Part shown: piece after piece, positions 25,801-35,105 of the stretch | Numbering within the stretch: the first letter of the stretch is position 1 | Layout of the letters: every line of letters begins with the position of its first letter | Source of the DNA: Candidatus Poribacteria bacterium | Lineage (GTDB): Bacteria > Poribacteria > WGA-4E > PCPOR2b | Reading direction: 5' to 3' | Assembly: GCA_021295755.1 (NCBI GenBank) | Contig: JAGWBT010000003.1 | Coordinates: 43,129-107,128, forward strand | DNA length: 64,000 nucleotides | Position numbers and translations under genes: made by a program | Notes under the pieces: generated by a model | What the model saw: only the letters and a program-made list of their open reading frames with translations | The model's database searches: none | What the model was told of the DNA's origin: nothing

Positions 25801-27624
25801 ATGTATCTCACCAAACATCTCAATATGAGCCAGTCCAAAAACAGGCTATATTTTCTTCTCGCTCTGCTTGCTATGTATCTGCTGTTGACGGTTGCGACTG
25901 TCTTCGCTCAAGATGCGACTGACACAGAATACCGCCCCTTCCCGGGGATCGGCAGCCGTAACGCCGCATGGATCGCTGCCCAGCTGCATCTGTTGTTCGG
26001 TTCCTTCATCTTGGGTGTTCCGATGTTTGCGGTTGTCATTGAGTTTGTCGGGCTGAAAACGAAGGACAAACGGTATGACAAGATGGCGCAGGAGTTCATC
26101 AAACTGTGTATGGGAGCGTTCTCAACGACCGCGTTGATGGGCGGGGTACTTGTTTTTATCCTCATCTGGTGTTACCCGAAAGTGATGAACAAACTGTCAG
26201 GAATCTTCGGTCCTTCGATGATTTTCTACGTCATCCTGTTTTTTGGGGAGACCTTTACGCTCTATCTCTATTCTTACGGGTGGGATCGGATGCAGGGCAG
26301 GGTGTCGAAAATGTGGCACCTATTTCTCGGCGTGCTCCTGAACGTGTTCGGTACAGCGATTATGTTCGTCTCTAACGCTTGGCTGACATACCAGACAAGC
26401 CCAGCGATTATGGGCCCCAAACCCGACCACGAGGCAATTCCGCTTCATGATGAGTCGGGCGCATTCATCGGTACGCTGTGGCAGGCAATCAATAACTATA
26501 CGTGGATGCCTGTCAATATCCACCGTCTCATTGGGAATATAGCTTTCGGTGGTGCAATCGTTGGTGCCTATGCCGCCTTTCGGTTCCTTGCTGCCAAAAC
26601 GCAGGAAGACAGGGCGCATTACGACTGGATGGGATATACGGGCAATTTTATCGCACTGTGCGGATTGATTCCATTGCCATTCGCCGGATATTGGTTGGGA
26701 CGGGAAATCTATATGTTCAACCAAACGATGGGCATCAACATGATGGGAAGCCTCTTTTCTTGGCTGTTTATTATTCAAGCGGTGATGATTGGAGTGCTGT
26801 TCATCGGAGCGAATTACTATCTCTGGTCTGGCATGACCCGCATCGCAGGCGGCGAGGTATACGCTCGTTTTCGTCCCTACATGATCGCTATCATTGTTCT
26901 ATCTGTCGCAGTCTGGATGACGCCGCGCACACTCATTGTGACGCCTACGGAGTCGGCTGCAATGGGTGGGCCAAATCACCCGCTCGTTGGACTTTTCGGC
27001 TTGATGACAGCGAAGAACACGGTTGTCAATCTCATTATCTTGACCACCTTTCTCAGCTTTCTGTTTTACCGTCGATCCGGTAAAACACCGACAGTGAGTT
27101 GGCGCAAAGCGGGCAATATCGTCATCGCAGCGATTTTTGGACTGGCTGTCGCAGCGATTGTTACAATTGGGATCGTAGGGTTCAAGGTTAACACTGACTT
27201 CCGCGTCAATGTCCTAACGCCGATACAAGTGATGGTCGCGTTAGCTGTCATGGTTTTGGTAACGGTGATTGACTTGATTATGTATCGCAAAGCGATGCGT
27301 TCAAGCGAAATCAGTTGGGGGCAGATGACGGACCGGTCACAATATGTGCTGATTTTACTCGCCATTACCTTTACCTCATTGATGGGATTGATGGGCTACG
27401 CACGGTCGGGGCTTCGAGAGGCGTGGCATATTTTCGGTGTAATGCCCGACAAGTCGCCGGATGCACACACCCCGCTGCTTGCGGATGCCGTTAACATGAT
27501 TGCCGTTATTATAGTGATTTTCTTCGCTTTGGTAGGCTTTATTTTCTGGCTCGGTTTGTGGGGCGATAAGAAAAAAGAGGGACAGCCACCCGTTAAAGCA
27601 GAAGCCTCCGCAGGAGATGATTAA
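25801..27624 (+). CDS. Cytochrome bd oxidase subunit-I (CydA)-like polytopic membrane protein, enlarged (607 aa), with no adjacent cydB ('bd-like')
   Basis: By eye, it has a CydA-like helix 1 with a His (AAQLHLLFGSFILGVPMF) and a helix-5-like segment PVNIHRLIGNIAFGGAIVGAYAAFRFL. It has about 12 to 14 hydrophobic helices and a signal-like N-terminus. This is pattern recognition only. Confidence 0.5.
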   Translation: MYLTKHLNMSQSKNRLYFLLALLAMYLLLTVATVFAQDATDTEYRPFPGIGSRNAAWIAAQLHLLFGSFILGVPMFAVVIEFVGLKTKDKRYDKMAQEFIKLCMGAFSTTALMGGVLVFILIWCYPKVMNKLSGIFGPSMIFYVILFFGETFTLYLYSYGWDRMQGRVSKMWHLFLGVLLNVFGTAIMFVSNAWLTYQTSPAIMGPKPDHEAIPLHDESGAFIGTLWQAINNYTWMPVNIHRLIGNIAFGGAIVGAYAAFRFLAAKTQEDRAHYDWMGYTGNFIALCGLIPLPFAGYWLGREIYMFNQTMGINMMGSLFSWLFIIQAVMIGVLFIGANYYLWSGMTRIAGGEVYARFRPYMIAIIVLSVAVWMTPRTLIVTPTESAAMGGPNHPLVGLFGLMTAKNTVVNLIILTTFLSFLFYRRSGKTPTVSWRKAGNIVIAAIFGLAVAAIVTIGIVGFKVNTDFRVNVLTPIQVMVALAVMVLVTVIDLIMYRKAMRSSEISWGQMTDRSQYVLILLAITFTSLMGLMGYARSGLREAWHIFGVMPDKSPDAHTPLLADAVNMIAVIIVIFFALVGFIFWLGLWGDKKKEGQPPVKAEASAGDD

Positions 27625-27651
27625 CAATCAAACACAATCAGGACGAGAGCG

Positions 27652-29154
27652 ATGCAAAGAAGACTAATTAGAATTATCTGCCTAATTTTAATGGTTGTGA
27701 GTTTTATCGCCTATATCGCGAAAGCGCCGGCTTTCCCGATCGCTTCGGAAAACCTACTGCCGTGGTCTGCATGGTTTTTTATCTTTGCTTTGGCGAATAT
27801 CATACTCTGGCAGAGCGTGGTCAAACTCATGTCATTTGCGTTGATGGTCATCTGGTTCTATGCGTTTGCGGCCAGCATTGTTCCAGAAACATCGACTGCG
27901 ACGTTTGACCCTAACGCCGTAGACCGGACGCCGGATGCGTTTATTGAGGTTGGGGAGATAATCTTTAACGGGAAAGGAAAATGCAACACCTGCCATACAC
28001 TTGATCCGTCTGCGCCAAAAAGTCGCTGTCCCGATTTAACGGATATTGGCACTCGCGCTGCAACACGCCAACCGGGAATGACTGCGAAGGAGTATCTCAT
28101 CGAATCCACCTATGAACCCCACAAATTCCTTGTTCCCGGCTACAGCAACATTATGCCGCCCGTCTGGAAACCACCAATCAGTCTAACTGAGTTGGAAATC
28201 GAAACCGTCATTGCCTTCCTCCAGAGTCAGGGTGGAGAAGTGGATGTAACAAAGTTTGAGCCGCCCGTTGATATCGGAAGTGCGGAAGCCATAGCCGAGG
28301 AATTGCCACCCCTCCTCACAGGCGACGTAGAACGTGGTAAAAAGGTTTTTGTAGAGGGCGCGAAGTGTATCGCGTGTCACGCTGTCGCTGGTGTCGAGCA
28401 ACCTACCGGTCAAACGCTTGACGAAGGTGTTGAAGTTGTCGCTGCACCCGAATTGACGGATATCGCTGGGTTAAACAGTCTCCGGTATATTGAGGAATCC
28501 GTCCTATTACCGAATGCTCAAATTGTGAGCGGATACGGTTCCGTTACGGTGAAAACCGGCGGTGCCACAATTCAGGGAACGCTTGTTACGCAAGATAATG
28601 AGCAGATCAGTGTGCGTGTTAAGGACGTAGCCGGTAACGAAGAAGAGCACACCATTCTATTGAGCGAGCTCGATCCAGAGCCGATTGAAGAGTTGACAGA
28701 TCTGACAGGGAAAGGATACTTCTGGATTCAAGTAACGCTTGCCGACACGGGAGCCACCGTAAGTGGCGATCTCGTAGAAGAGGACGACGAAAACATTATA
28801 CTTCAGGCGGGTGGAGAGACGCAAACGGTTTCTAAGTCGAACGTGAAGGTTCAGGCGACATTGATTGACTTTGATGAGAATGTTATCGTTGGGGAATTGG
28901 TATCGGAAAATGAGGACGAAGTCATCTTAAACGTTGATGGTGAGGAGCAGATCATTGATACATTCGATATCGACGAAGGTCCGAACTACAGCCGTGCTTT
29001 CGGTAAGCGATTGGTTGTAACTTCCCCGATGCCGAATAACTTTCCGTTGTTGCTATCGGTTTCCGACATGAGCGATCTACTCGCCTATCTAGCAAGCTTA
29101 ACGGGTGCGACAGACGCGACAGCGGCTGAGGGAGCAGAGGCAACCGCCGAATAA
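27652..29154 (+). CDS. Diheme c-type cytochrome with an N-terminal membrane domain and three C-terminal beta-rich repeats of about 35 aa
   Basis: CNTCH and CIACH motifs. Internal repeats: TGATIQGTLVTQDNEQISVRVKD, TGATVSGDLVEEDDENIILQAGG and VIVGELVSENEDEVILNVDG. Confidence 0.7.
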   Translation: MQRRLIRIICLILMVVSFIAYIAKAPAFPIASENLLPWSAWFFIFALANIILWQSVVKLMSFALMVIWFYAFAASIVPETSTATFDPNAVDRTPDAFIEVGEIIFNGKGKCNTCHTLDPSAPKSRCPDLTDIGTRAATRQPGMTAKEYLIESTYEPHKFLVPGYSNIMPPVWKPPISLTELEIETVIAFLQSQGGEVDVTKFEPPVDIGSAEAIAEELPPLLTGDVERGKKVFVEGAKCIACHAVAGVEQPTGQTLDEGVEVVAAPELTDIAGLNSLRYIEESVLLPNAQIVSGYGSVTVKTGGATIQGTLVTQDNEQISVRVKDVAGNEEEHTILLSELDPEPIEELTDLTGKGYFWIQVTLADTGATVSGDLVEEDDENIILQAGGETQTVSKSNVKVQATLIDFDENVIVGELVSENEDEVILNVDGEEQIIDTFDIDEGPNYSRAFGKRLVVTSPMPNNFPLLLSVSDMSDLLAYLASLTGATDATAAEGAEATAE

Positions 29155-29170
29155 GGAGAGTTAAACCGCC

Positions 29171-29950
29171 ATGCAAAGATTATCCCTTTTCACAAAATGC
29201 CTAATCATATTTGTTGTGCTTTGGCTCTTTTTAAGATTCTTCATCGGTGGTGTATGGTCTGTGCCGTTACCCGCTAGCGTGATCTCAATGTATTTGGGGC
29301 TTATTCTATTGGCGATTCTGGTTCACGTGTCCGTCGAAGATGACAGGTTTCGAGAATTTCTCCGTCCTGTCAAAGAGACCTTGGCTGATGAGGATAGGGG
29401 GACAAGGCGTACTGTGTTGTTTGTCCTTATTCCTTTGGTTATGCTTGGTTTAAGTTTTTCTAGGTTGTCAACAAAGGCAGATCCACCAGCCGCGCTGCGC
29501 ACTGCCCATCCGGCGCCACCTGATGAACTGACCTACCGCGACAAGGTTATCGGTCCCACGCAACAGGTGGAAAACCCCTTCCGGCACCTTGAAAAAGATG
29601 ACAAGGAAGCATTTAAGGCTCATGTAGAGAACGGACGGCGGGTCTATTATCAAAACTGTTTCTACTGCCACGGCGACGATCTTGATGGCGAAGGACATTT
29701 CGCTCACGGTTTCAACCCACCGCCTGCAAACTTTCAGGACCCTGGGATTATTCCGAACTTCCAGGAATCTTTCTTCTTCTGGCGTATTAGTAAGGGAGGC
29801 CCCGGTCTGCCGCCAGCTGCAACCCCGTGGGATTCTGCCATGCCGGTCTGGGAGGATCACCTGACAGAGGAGGAGATTTGGGATGTGATTCTCTTCCTGT
29901 CTGAATACACAGGGTATCGACCACGGACGTTTGGTGAAGCGGCGCATTAA
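29171..29950 (+). CDS. Membrane-anchored monoheme c-type cytochrome
   Basis: CFYCHG motif and two N-terminal hydrophobic helices. Confidence 0.7.
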   Translation: MQRLSLFTKCLIIFVVLWLFLRFFIGGVWSVPLPASVISMYLGLILLAILVHVSVEDDRFREFLRPVKETLADEDRGTRRTVLFVLIPLVMLGLSFSRLSTKADPPAALRTAHPAPPDELTYRDKVIGPTQQVENPFRHLEKDDKEAFKAHVENGRRVYYQNCFYCHGDDLDGEGHFAHGFNPPPANFQDPGIIPNFQESFFFWRISKGGPGLPPAATPWDSAMPVWEDHLTEEEIWDVILFLSEYTGYRPRTFGEAAH

Positions 29951-29972
29951 GATTGGAGCGGAAGAAAAAACA

Positions 29973-31715
29973 ATGAAAAAGCAATCCTATAATACAATGT
30001 TGATTTCAGTCGCCGGTCTTATTTTGTTGTTAGTGGTTTTTCCAATTACATCTCTTGCCCAAGGGAAACAGGCACCCGCAGCCTCCGAAGCAGGAAAGGC
30101 ACTCTATGATGATAAGTGTGCGCACTGCCACGGTATAGAGGGAGCGGGCGATGGATCTGCAGCAGAAAACCTGTTGCCAAGACCGAGGGATTTCACGCGG
30201 GGGCTTTACAAAATCCGTTCGACGGAAAGCGCTCAACTGCCCACCGATCAAGATCTCTTTGACATCATATCGAACGGTATGCCGGGATCCTCAATGCCAG
30301 CTTGGAGCGAACTGCTGAGTGAGGATCAACGGTGGCAACTCGTTGCCCATATCAAAACATTCCACGACGGCTTTGAAGGGGCTTCACCGCGGTTAATTGA
30401 TGTGTCGGGCAAAGTTCCATATTCTGAAGAGAGTGTCGCAAAAGGAAAAGAATTTTACACCACTCTTGGGTGTGTCGATTGCCACGGAGTGATTGGCAGA
30501 GGCGATGGTACGTCCGCCCCAGATCTGACCGATGAGTGGGGCTTTCGCACATGGCCCGCCAATCTATGGGAACAGTGGAATTATCGGGGCGGTGCGACAA
30601 CTGAGGATATTTTCAAACGATTCATCGGTGGTATTGCTGGCTCGCCGATGCCTTCGTTCATCTCAAGTTTTCGACTCGGTCTGACAGATGAGGAATCGGC
30701 TCGTATGAATGAGCTAGAACTCAAAATGGATGACGACGGTCTTTCAGAAGCGGAAGACGAAGAATACGCAGCGCTTGAGGAAAAGTTGTTTATGTTTGAA
30801 GACATCATGCTCAAGGTTGAAGAAGGCGAAGAACTTGAACCTGACGAACAGACTAAACTCGATACAGCCCTGAAGCCGATTTTTGAGAAAAGCTGGCACC
30901 TCGCAAATTATGTAAAATCCCTAGGACCCGAAGAGCGACCACCAGCGGCAGTCGGCGACAAAGTACTACGCTCACAATATCGCGCCGGTGCCTTGCCGGG
31001 CATAAACGATGAAGTGTGGAATGAAATTCAAGAAGCCAGTTATTTTCCGCTGGTCGGTCAAATTGTTATTGACCCTCGACAATTCAACCCCTCGATCGAT
31101 TCAATAATGGCAAAGTCGTTCTATAACGATAATGAAATTGCGTTTCTATTTACATGGGATGATCGGACGAAAACCCTTCCCCAGACAGACGACGAGACCG
31201 GAGAGACGGTTGAAGATGCTCTAGCAATTCAATTTCCGGTGAAGATTGCTGAAGGTCCGACGGATCCCAAACCTTACTTCATCTGGGGCGATCGGCTTCC
31301 CGTCTATCTCTGGAGTTGGAAGGTCGCTGAGCCGTCAACGGTGACAGAGATGACTGCGAAGGGGATCGATAAAGCGACTGTCCAAGCTGATCAAAGCCTA
31401 ATACAGGCTGAAGGGGTTTACGAAGATGGGCAATATCAACTATGGGTTAAAAGATCCCTCACAACCGATGACAAAAGAAATGACGTGCAGTTTACACCGG
31501 GCGTATTCATACCCATCGCTTTTTCTGCATGGGATGGCGCAAATGGTGATGTAAAAACGAAGCGAGCCATTTCAACGTGGTACACATTCGTCCTTGATCC
31601 CGTTCCATCGAACAAGCGATTTGTCTATCCGCCGCTGGTTGCCCTTATCTCCGTTGGCCTCCTTTTCGGCTTGAGAAGTAGTGTCAGGAGACGACAGAAT
31701 ACAGAAGAAGTTTAA
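29973..31715 (+). CDS. Diheme c-type cytochrome with a large C-terminal domain and a C-terminal TM anchor
   Basis: CAHCHG and CVDCHG motifs, a signal peptide, and a terminal hydrophobic helix YPPLVALISVGLLFGL. The start is the ATG at 29973 after GGAG; the listed ORF begins at an upstream TTG that overlaps the previous gene. Confidence 0.7.
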   Translation: MKKQSYNTMLISVAGLILLLVVFPITSLAQGKQAPAASEAGKALYDDKCAHCHGIEGAGDGSAAENLLPRPRDFTRGLYKIRSTESAQLPTDQDLFDIISNGMPGSSMPAWSELLSEDQRWQLVAHIKTFHDGFEGASPRLIDVSGKVPYSEESVAKGKEFYTTLGCVDCHGVIGRGDGTSAPDLTDEWGFRTWPANLWEQWNYRGGATTEDIFKRFIGGIAGSPMPSFISSFRLGLTDEESARMNELELKMDDDGLSEAEDEEYAALEEKLFMFEDIMLKVEEGEELEPDEQTKLDTALKPIFEKSWHLANYVKSLGPEERPPAAVGDKVLRSQYRAGALPGINDEVWNEIQEASYFPLVGQIVIDPRQFNPSIDSIMAKSFYNDNEIAFLFTWDDRTKTLPQTDDETGETVEDALAIQFPVKIAEGPTDPKPYFIWGDRLPVYLWSWKVAEPSTVTEMTAKGIDKATVQADQSLIQAEGVYEDGQYQLWVKRSLTTDDKRNDVQFTPGVFIPIAFSAWDGANGDVKTKRAISTWYTFVLDPVPSNKRFVYPPLVALISVGLLFGLRSSVRRRQNTEEV

Positions 31716-31849
31716 CCGCAACGTATGAGGGTAGACCATAACTCTTATTGCGAGAAGGTTCAAATATCTTGACTGTATTTGAAGCAGTCAAACATAATTG
31801 CCTCTCACTTATAACCTGTTCAAACAATAATTTCAAAAGGAGTTCAATC

Positions 31850-32629
31850 ATGAAAACCAAAGTTGTTACAATCCTAACCCTGCTCATTGCATGTGTTTAC
31901 GTTACCACTGCCATCGCTGCCGGTGGGGACGAAGAGGTCGAGTCGCTAGTCTTCCCGGCTTCCTATAAAGCAATGAGTGTCTCTAATGGTGGCACTATCA
32001 GCGGAATGGTAAAATTTGATGGCGCCGCGCCCGAGATGAAAAAACTCGAAATTACCAAAGACACACAAGTTTGTGGTAAAACCGACAAGCATGATGAGTC
32101 GATTGTTCTTGGCGAAGGAAATGGTTTGCAGAACACCATCGTCTATCTGATGGACATCTCATCAGGAGCCGATTTTCCAAGCGATGCCAAATACGAAATC
32201 GATCAGAAAGGCTGCCACTTTAAGCCACATGTGCGCCTCCTGCCGGTTGGAAAACGGCTGACCATGATCAATCCTGACAGGATCAACCATAACGTTCATA
32301 TCTTTAGTTCGGTGAATCCCGCATTTAATAAATCGCAGCCCGGAACTAGACGGAAGATGAACGTTAAGGCCATAAAGAAAGCCGAAGGGCCCGTACCAGT
32401 TAAATGCGATGTGCACGGCTGGATGAAGGCTTGGATTGCATACATTCCCCATCCGTATTTTACGGTCACCGACGAGAACGGGCAGTACACCCTTGAAAAT
32501 GTTCCGCCGGGAACCTACAAGTTAGGCTATTGGCAAGAAGCCTGTGGTTCAAATAAAGACGCACCCGTTTCGGTTACTGTTGAAGCTGGGGGAACAGTTG
32601 CACAAGACTTTACACTCGCGCTAAAATGA
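31850..32629 (+). CDS. Secreted cupredoxin-like protein, paralogue of 24846-25595
   Basis: Signal peptide; H (INHNVHIF) ... C-x2-H-x2-M (KCDVHGWM). An AAGGAG RBS precedes the ATG at 31850. Confidence 0.6.
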   Translation: MKTKVVTILTLLIACVYVTTAIAAGGDEEVESLVFPASYKAMSVSNGGTISGMVKFDGAAPEMKKLEITKDTQVCGKTDKHDESIVLGEGNGLQNTIVYLMDISSGADFPSDAKYEIDQKGCHFKPHVRLLPVGKRLTMINPDRINHNVHIFSSVNPAFNKSQPGTRRKMNVKAIKKAEGPVPVKCDVHGWMKAWIAYIPHPYFTVTDENGQYTLENVPPGTYKLGYWQEACGSNKDAPVSVTVEAGGTVAQDFTLALK

Positions 32630-32643
32630 GCAAATGAGGGAAG

Positions 32644-33606
32644 ATGTTCCCTATCAAAGTCGAGAATCTCTCGTACGCTTATGGGGCTCGGCGGGCACTT
32701 GTAGATGTAACCTTTAGCATCTCACAAGGCGAAGTCTTCGGGTTTCTTGGCCCAAACGGCAGCGGTAAAACCACACTCTTTAAGATACTTTCTACCCTGA
32801 TTCCGGTTAATCAAGCTGCGGTCAATATTCTTGGTCATGAGCTTGCCAGAGAATCGCAAAGCGTCAGGCAGTATCTGGGTGTGGTTTTTCAGCATCCGAG
32901 TTTGGATCTAAAACTCACAGTCACGGAGAATCTCCGGCATCACGGTCACCTGTACGGGCTGCGGGGTAAAACGCTGAAGCAGCGAATCCAAGAGGCGCTC
33001 AACCAATTTGAATTGACCGATCGCGCTCATGAGGGCGTGGAAACACTATCGGGTGGACTAAGAAGGCGTGCGGAGTTGGCAAAGGCGACCCTTCACAAGC
33101 CGAAGCTTCTGCTACTGGACGAGCCGAGCACCGGACTCGATCCCGGGGCACGCAGAAGTTTCAGAGAATATTTGGCGAGTTTGCAAGAAACAACCGTTAT
33201 CCTGACAACCCACATTTTGGATGACGCCGAAGCGTGTGACCGCGTGGGGATTCTCAACGCGGGGGAATTGGTTGCCATCGGAACACCGGACGAACTGAAA
33301 GATCATGTTGGTGGAGATGTTGTCATCGTTGATTCTCCAGCGCCTGAAGAACTAGCGCCGAAAGTAAGCCAACGATTTGGGCGTACGGCAACATTGATTG
33401 AGGGGCTGTTACGAATCGAATGCCACAACGGACATGAATTTGTTCGAGATGTAGTCGCTGCGTTTCCGAGCGAAATCCGATCCGCGCGCTTTGGAAAGCC
33501 CACATTGGAAGATGTGTTTATCAAACTGACAGGACGTCGCTTTGAGGAAAACGGTTCCAGTCAAAATTCAGTAGAATTGAAAAGCAGCCACACTGAAACG
33601 CACTAA
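32644..33606 (+). CDS. ABC transporter ATP-binding protein (ABC-2 exporter type)
   Basis: Walker A GPNGSGKTT, signature LSGGLRRR and Walker B LLLLDEPSTGLD. Confidence 0.85.
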   Translation: MFPIKVENLSYAYGARRALVDVTFSISQGEVFGFLGPNGSGKTTLFKILSTLIPVNQAAVNILGHELARESQSVRQYLGVVFQHPSLDLKLTVTENLRHHGHLYGLRGKTLKQRIQEALNQFELTDRAHEGVETLSGGLRRRAELAKATLHKPKLLLLDEPSTGLDPGARRSFREYLASLQETTVILTTHILDDAEACDRVGILNAGELVAIGTPDELKDHVGGDVVIVDSPAPEELAPKVSQRFGRTATLIEGLLRIECHNGHEFVRDVVAAFPSEIRSARFGKPTLEDVFIKLTGRRFEENGSSQNSVELKSSHTETH

Positions 33607-33614
33607 ACTGAACT

Positions 33615-34409
33615 GTGCCAATATCAAGATTCTTACTCCCTGTGGCGACGATTTGGTGGCGTGAGATCATTCGATTTCTACGCCAACGGAGCCGTCTATT
33701 GAGCGCGGTTGCGCAACCGTTAATCTTTTGGCTGCTTTTGGGTGGTGGGCTGAACGCTTCATTTAAGCCGCCCGGCGTTCCCGAAGGAACGAGCTACATC
33801 GAATATTTTTACCCCGGTATCATCACGCTTACACTACTGTTTACAGCAATTTTTGCAACAATTTCGGTTGTCCAAGACCGTCGAGAAGGTTTTCTTCAAG
33901 GTGTGCTTGTTGCCCCGGTTTCAAGATGGGTTATCGTGCTGGGACAAGCACTTGGCGGCACAACGTTAGCACTCTTGCAGGGTGGTCTTTTTCTGTTTCT
34001 CGCACCGATAGTTGGAGTGCCGCTAAGCTTCTTCTCCGTGCTCGCAGCACTCGGTGTGATGTTGACCTTGTCCTTTGGCTTGACGAACTTAGGATTAATG
34101 ATCGCGTGGCGAATGGATTCTACACAAGGTTTTCATGCGATTATGAATCTTATTCTAATCCCAATTTGGCTGCTCTCCGGTGCTTTCTTCCCCGTATCTG
34201 GGGTGCCGATACTCCTTGAGTGGGTAATGAAATTAAATCCGCTTACCTACGGCGTTGCAGCCTTACGTCGTTGTCTATACTTTAACGCACCCATAATTTC
34301 TGAGGGAATTCCTCAACTCGCGTTATCGCTACTTGTTACCGGCGCGTTCTGCGTTATTACATACTTTGGTGCTGCTCGAACGGCATACCGTCGTCCGAAT
34401 GTAGCGTAA
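33615..34409 (+). CDS. ABC-2 family transporter permease
   Basis: Six-TM ABC-2 type, 264 aa, directly downstream of the ATPase. Confidence 0.75.
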   Translation: MPISRFLLPVATIWWREIIRFLRQRSRLLSAVAQPLIFWLLLGGGLNASFKPPGVPEGTSYIEYFYPGIITLTLLFTAIFATISVVQDRREGFLQGVLVAPVSRWVIVLGQALGGTTLALLQGGLFLFLAPIVGVPLSFFSVLAALGVMLTLSFGLTNLGLMIAWRMDSTQGFHAIMNLILIPIWLLSGAFFPVSGVPILLEWVMKLNPLTYGVAALRRCLYFNAPIISEGIPQLALSLLVTGAFCVITYFGAARTAYRRPNVA

Positions 34410-34453
34410 AAGAGATTGACTTACAAATTCAGCAGCCTCGAAAGGAGCTTTTA

Positions 34454-35081
34454 ATGAATTGGCTGAATTTTCCTGCATGGCTTCCAGAGAATGTCTCAAC
34501 TTTTGGAAAAGGGGTCGATGACCTCTTTATCCTAATCTACTGGATTACCTCAATTGTATTTTTGGCTGTTATGGCGGTACTCATTGTCTTCATCATTAAG
34601 TGGAGTACATTGAAGGTAGCACAACCCTTGAAATCGTATGGACTGCTGCGACCACCGTCATTGTGTTTGGACTTGCAATGTTGAGTCTGCCCCAATGGAA
34701 CAAGATTAAATTCCCTTCCCAATTTCCCGGCGACCCCGGCGCTGTCGTTCAAGTGAGTGGGAAACAATTTAACTGGGATATGACTTATCCAGGACCTGAT
34801 GGCGAATGGGGCACTGACGATGACTTAGTACTTGAGAACCAGCTGCATGTCCCGGTTAACGAGATTGTGCATATCAGGCTCACATCTATTGATGTTATTC
34901 ATAGCTTCTTTGTCCCTCAACTCCGGCTCAAGCAGGATGCCCTTCCTGGAAGGTTTATAAACATGTGGTTTGAAGCGACGAAACCGGGTACGTATTTGGA
35001 CACTCCGGGATGCTTGGATACCTTACCGTCCACACGGCTGAGGACTACGCAGCGTGGACAAATGAACGGTGGGGAGAATAA
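34454..35081 (+). pseudogene. coxB: Heme-copper oxidase subunit II (coxB/ctaC-like) interrupted by two -1 frame changes and lacking the CuA Cys-x-E-x-Cys-Gly motif
   Basis: The TM1 segment (34454-34684) is in frame A. The TM2 and cupredoxin-fold part (STTLEIVWT, VSGKQFNWDM, DVIHSFFVPQL, KPGTY; 34600-about 34998) is in frame B. The C-terminus (FGHSGMLGYLTVHTAEDYAAWTNERWGE, ending with TAA at 35079) is in frame C. No Cys pair occurs in any frame. Confidence 0.6.
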
Positions 35082-35105
35082 TGAAAAGAAAGGAGTCAAT
35101 ATAGA

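Noticed and set aside
34990-35081. Searched all three frames of the coxB 3' end for a CuA Cys-x-Glu-x-Cys-Gly motif
   Set aside because: Only one isolated Cys is present (...TPGCLD in one frame) and there is no second Cys. I conclude the CuA site is absent rather than hidden by the frameshift.
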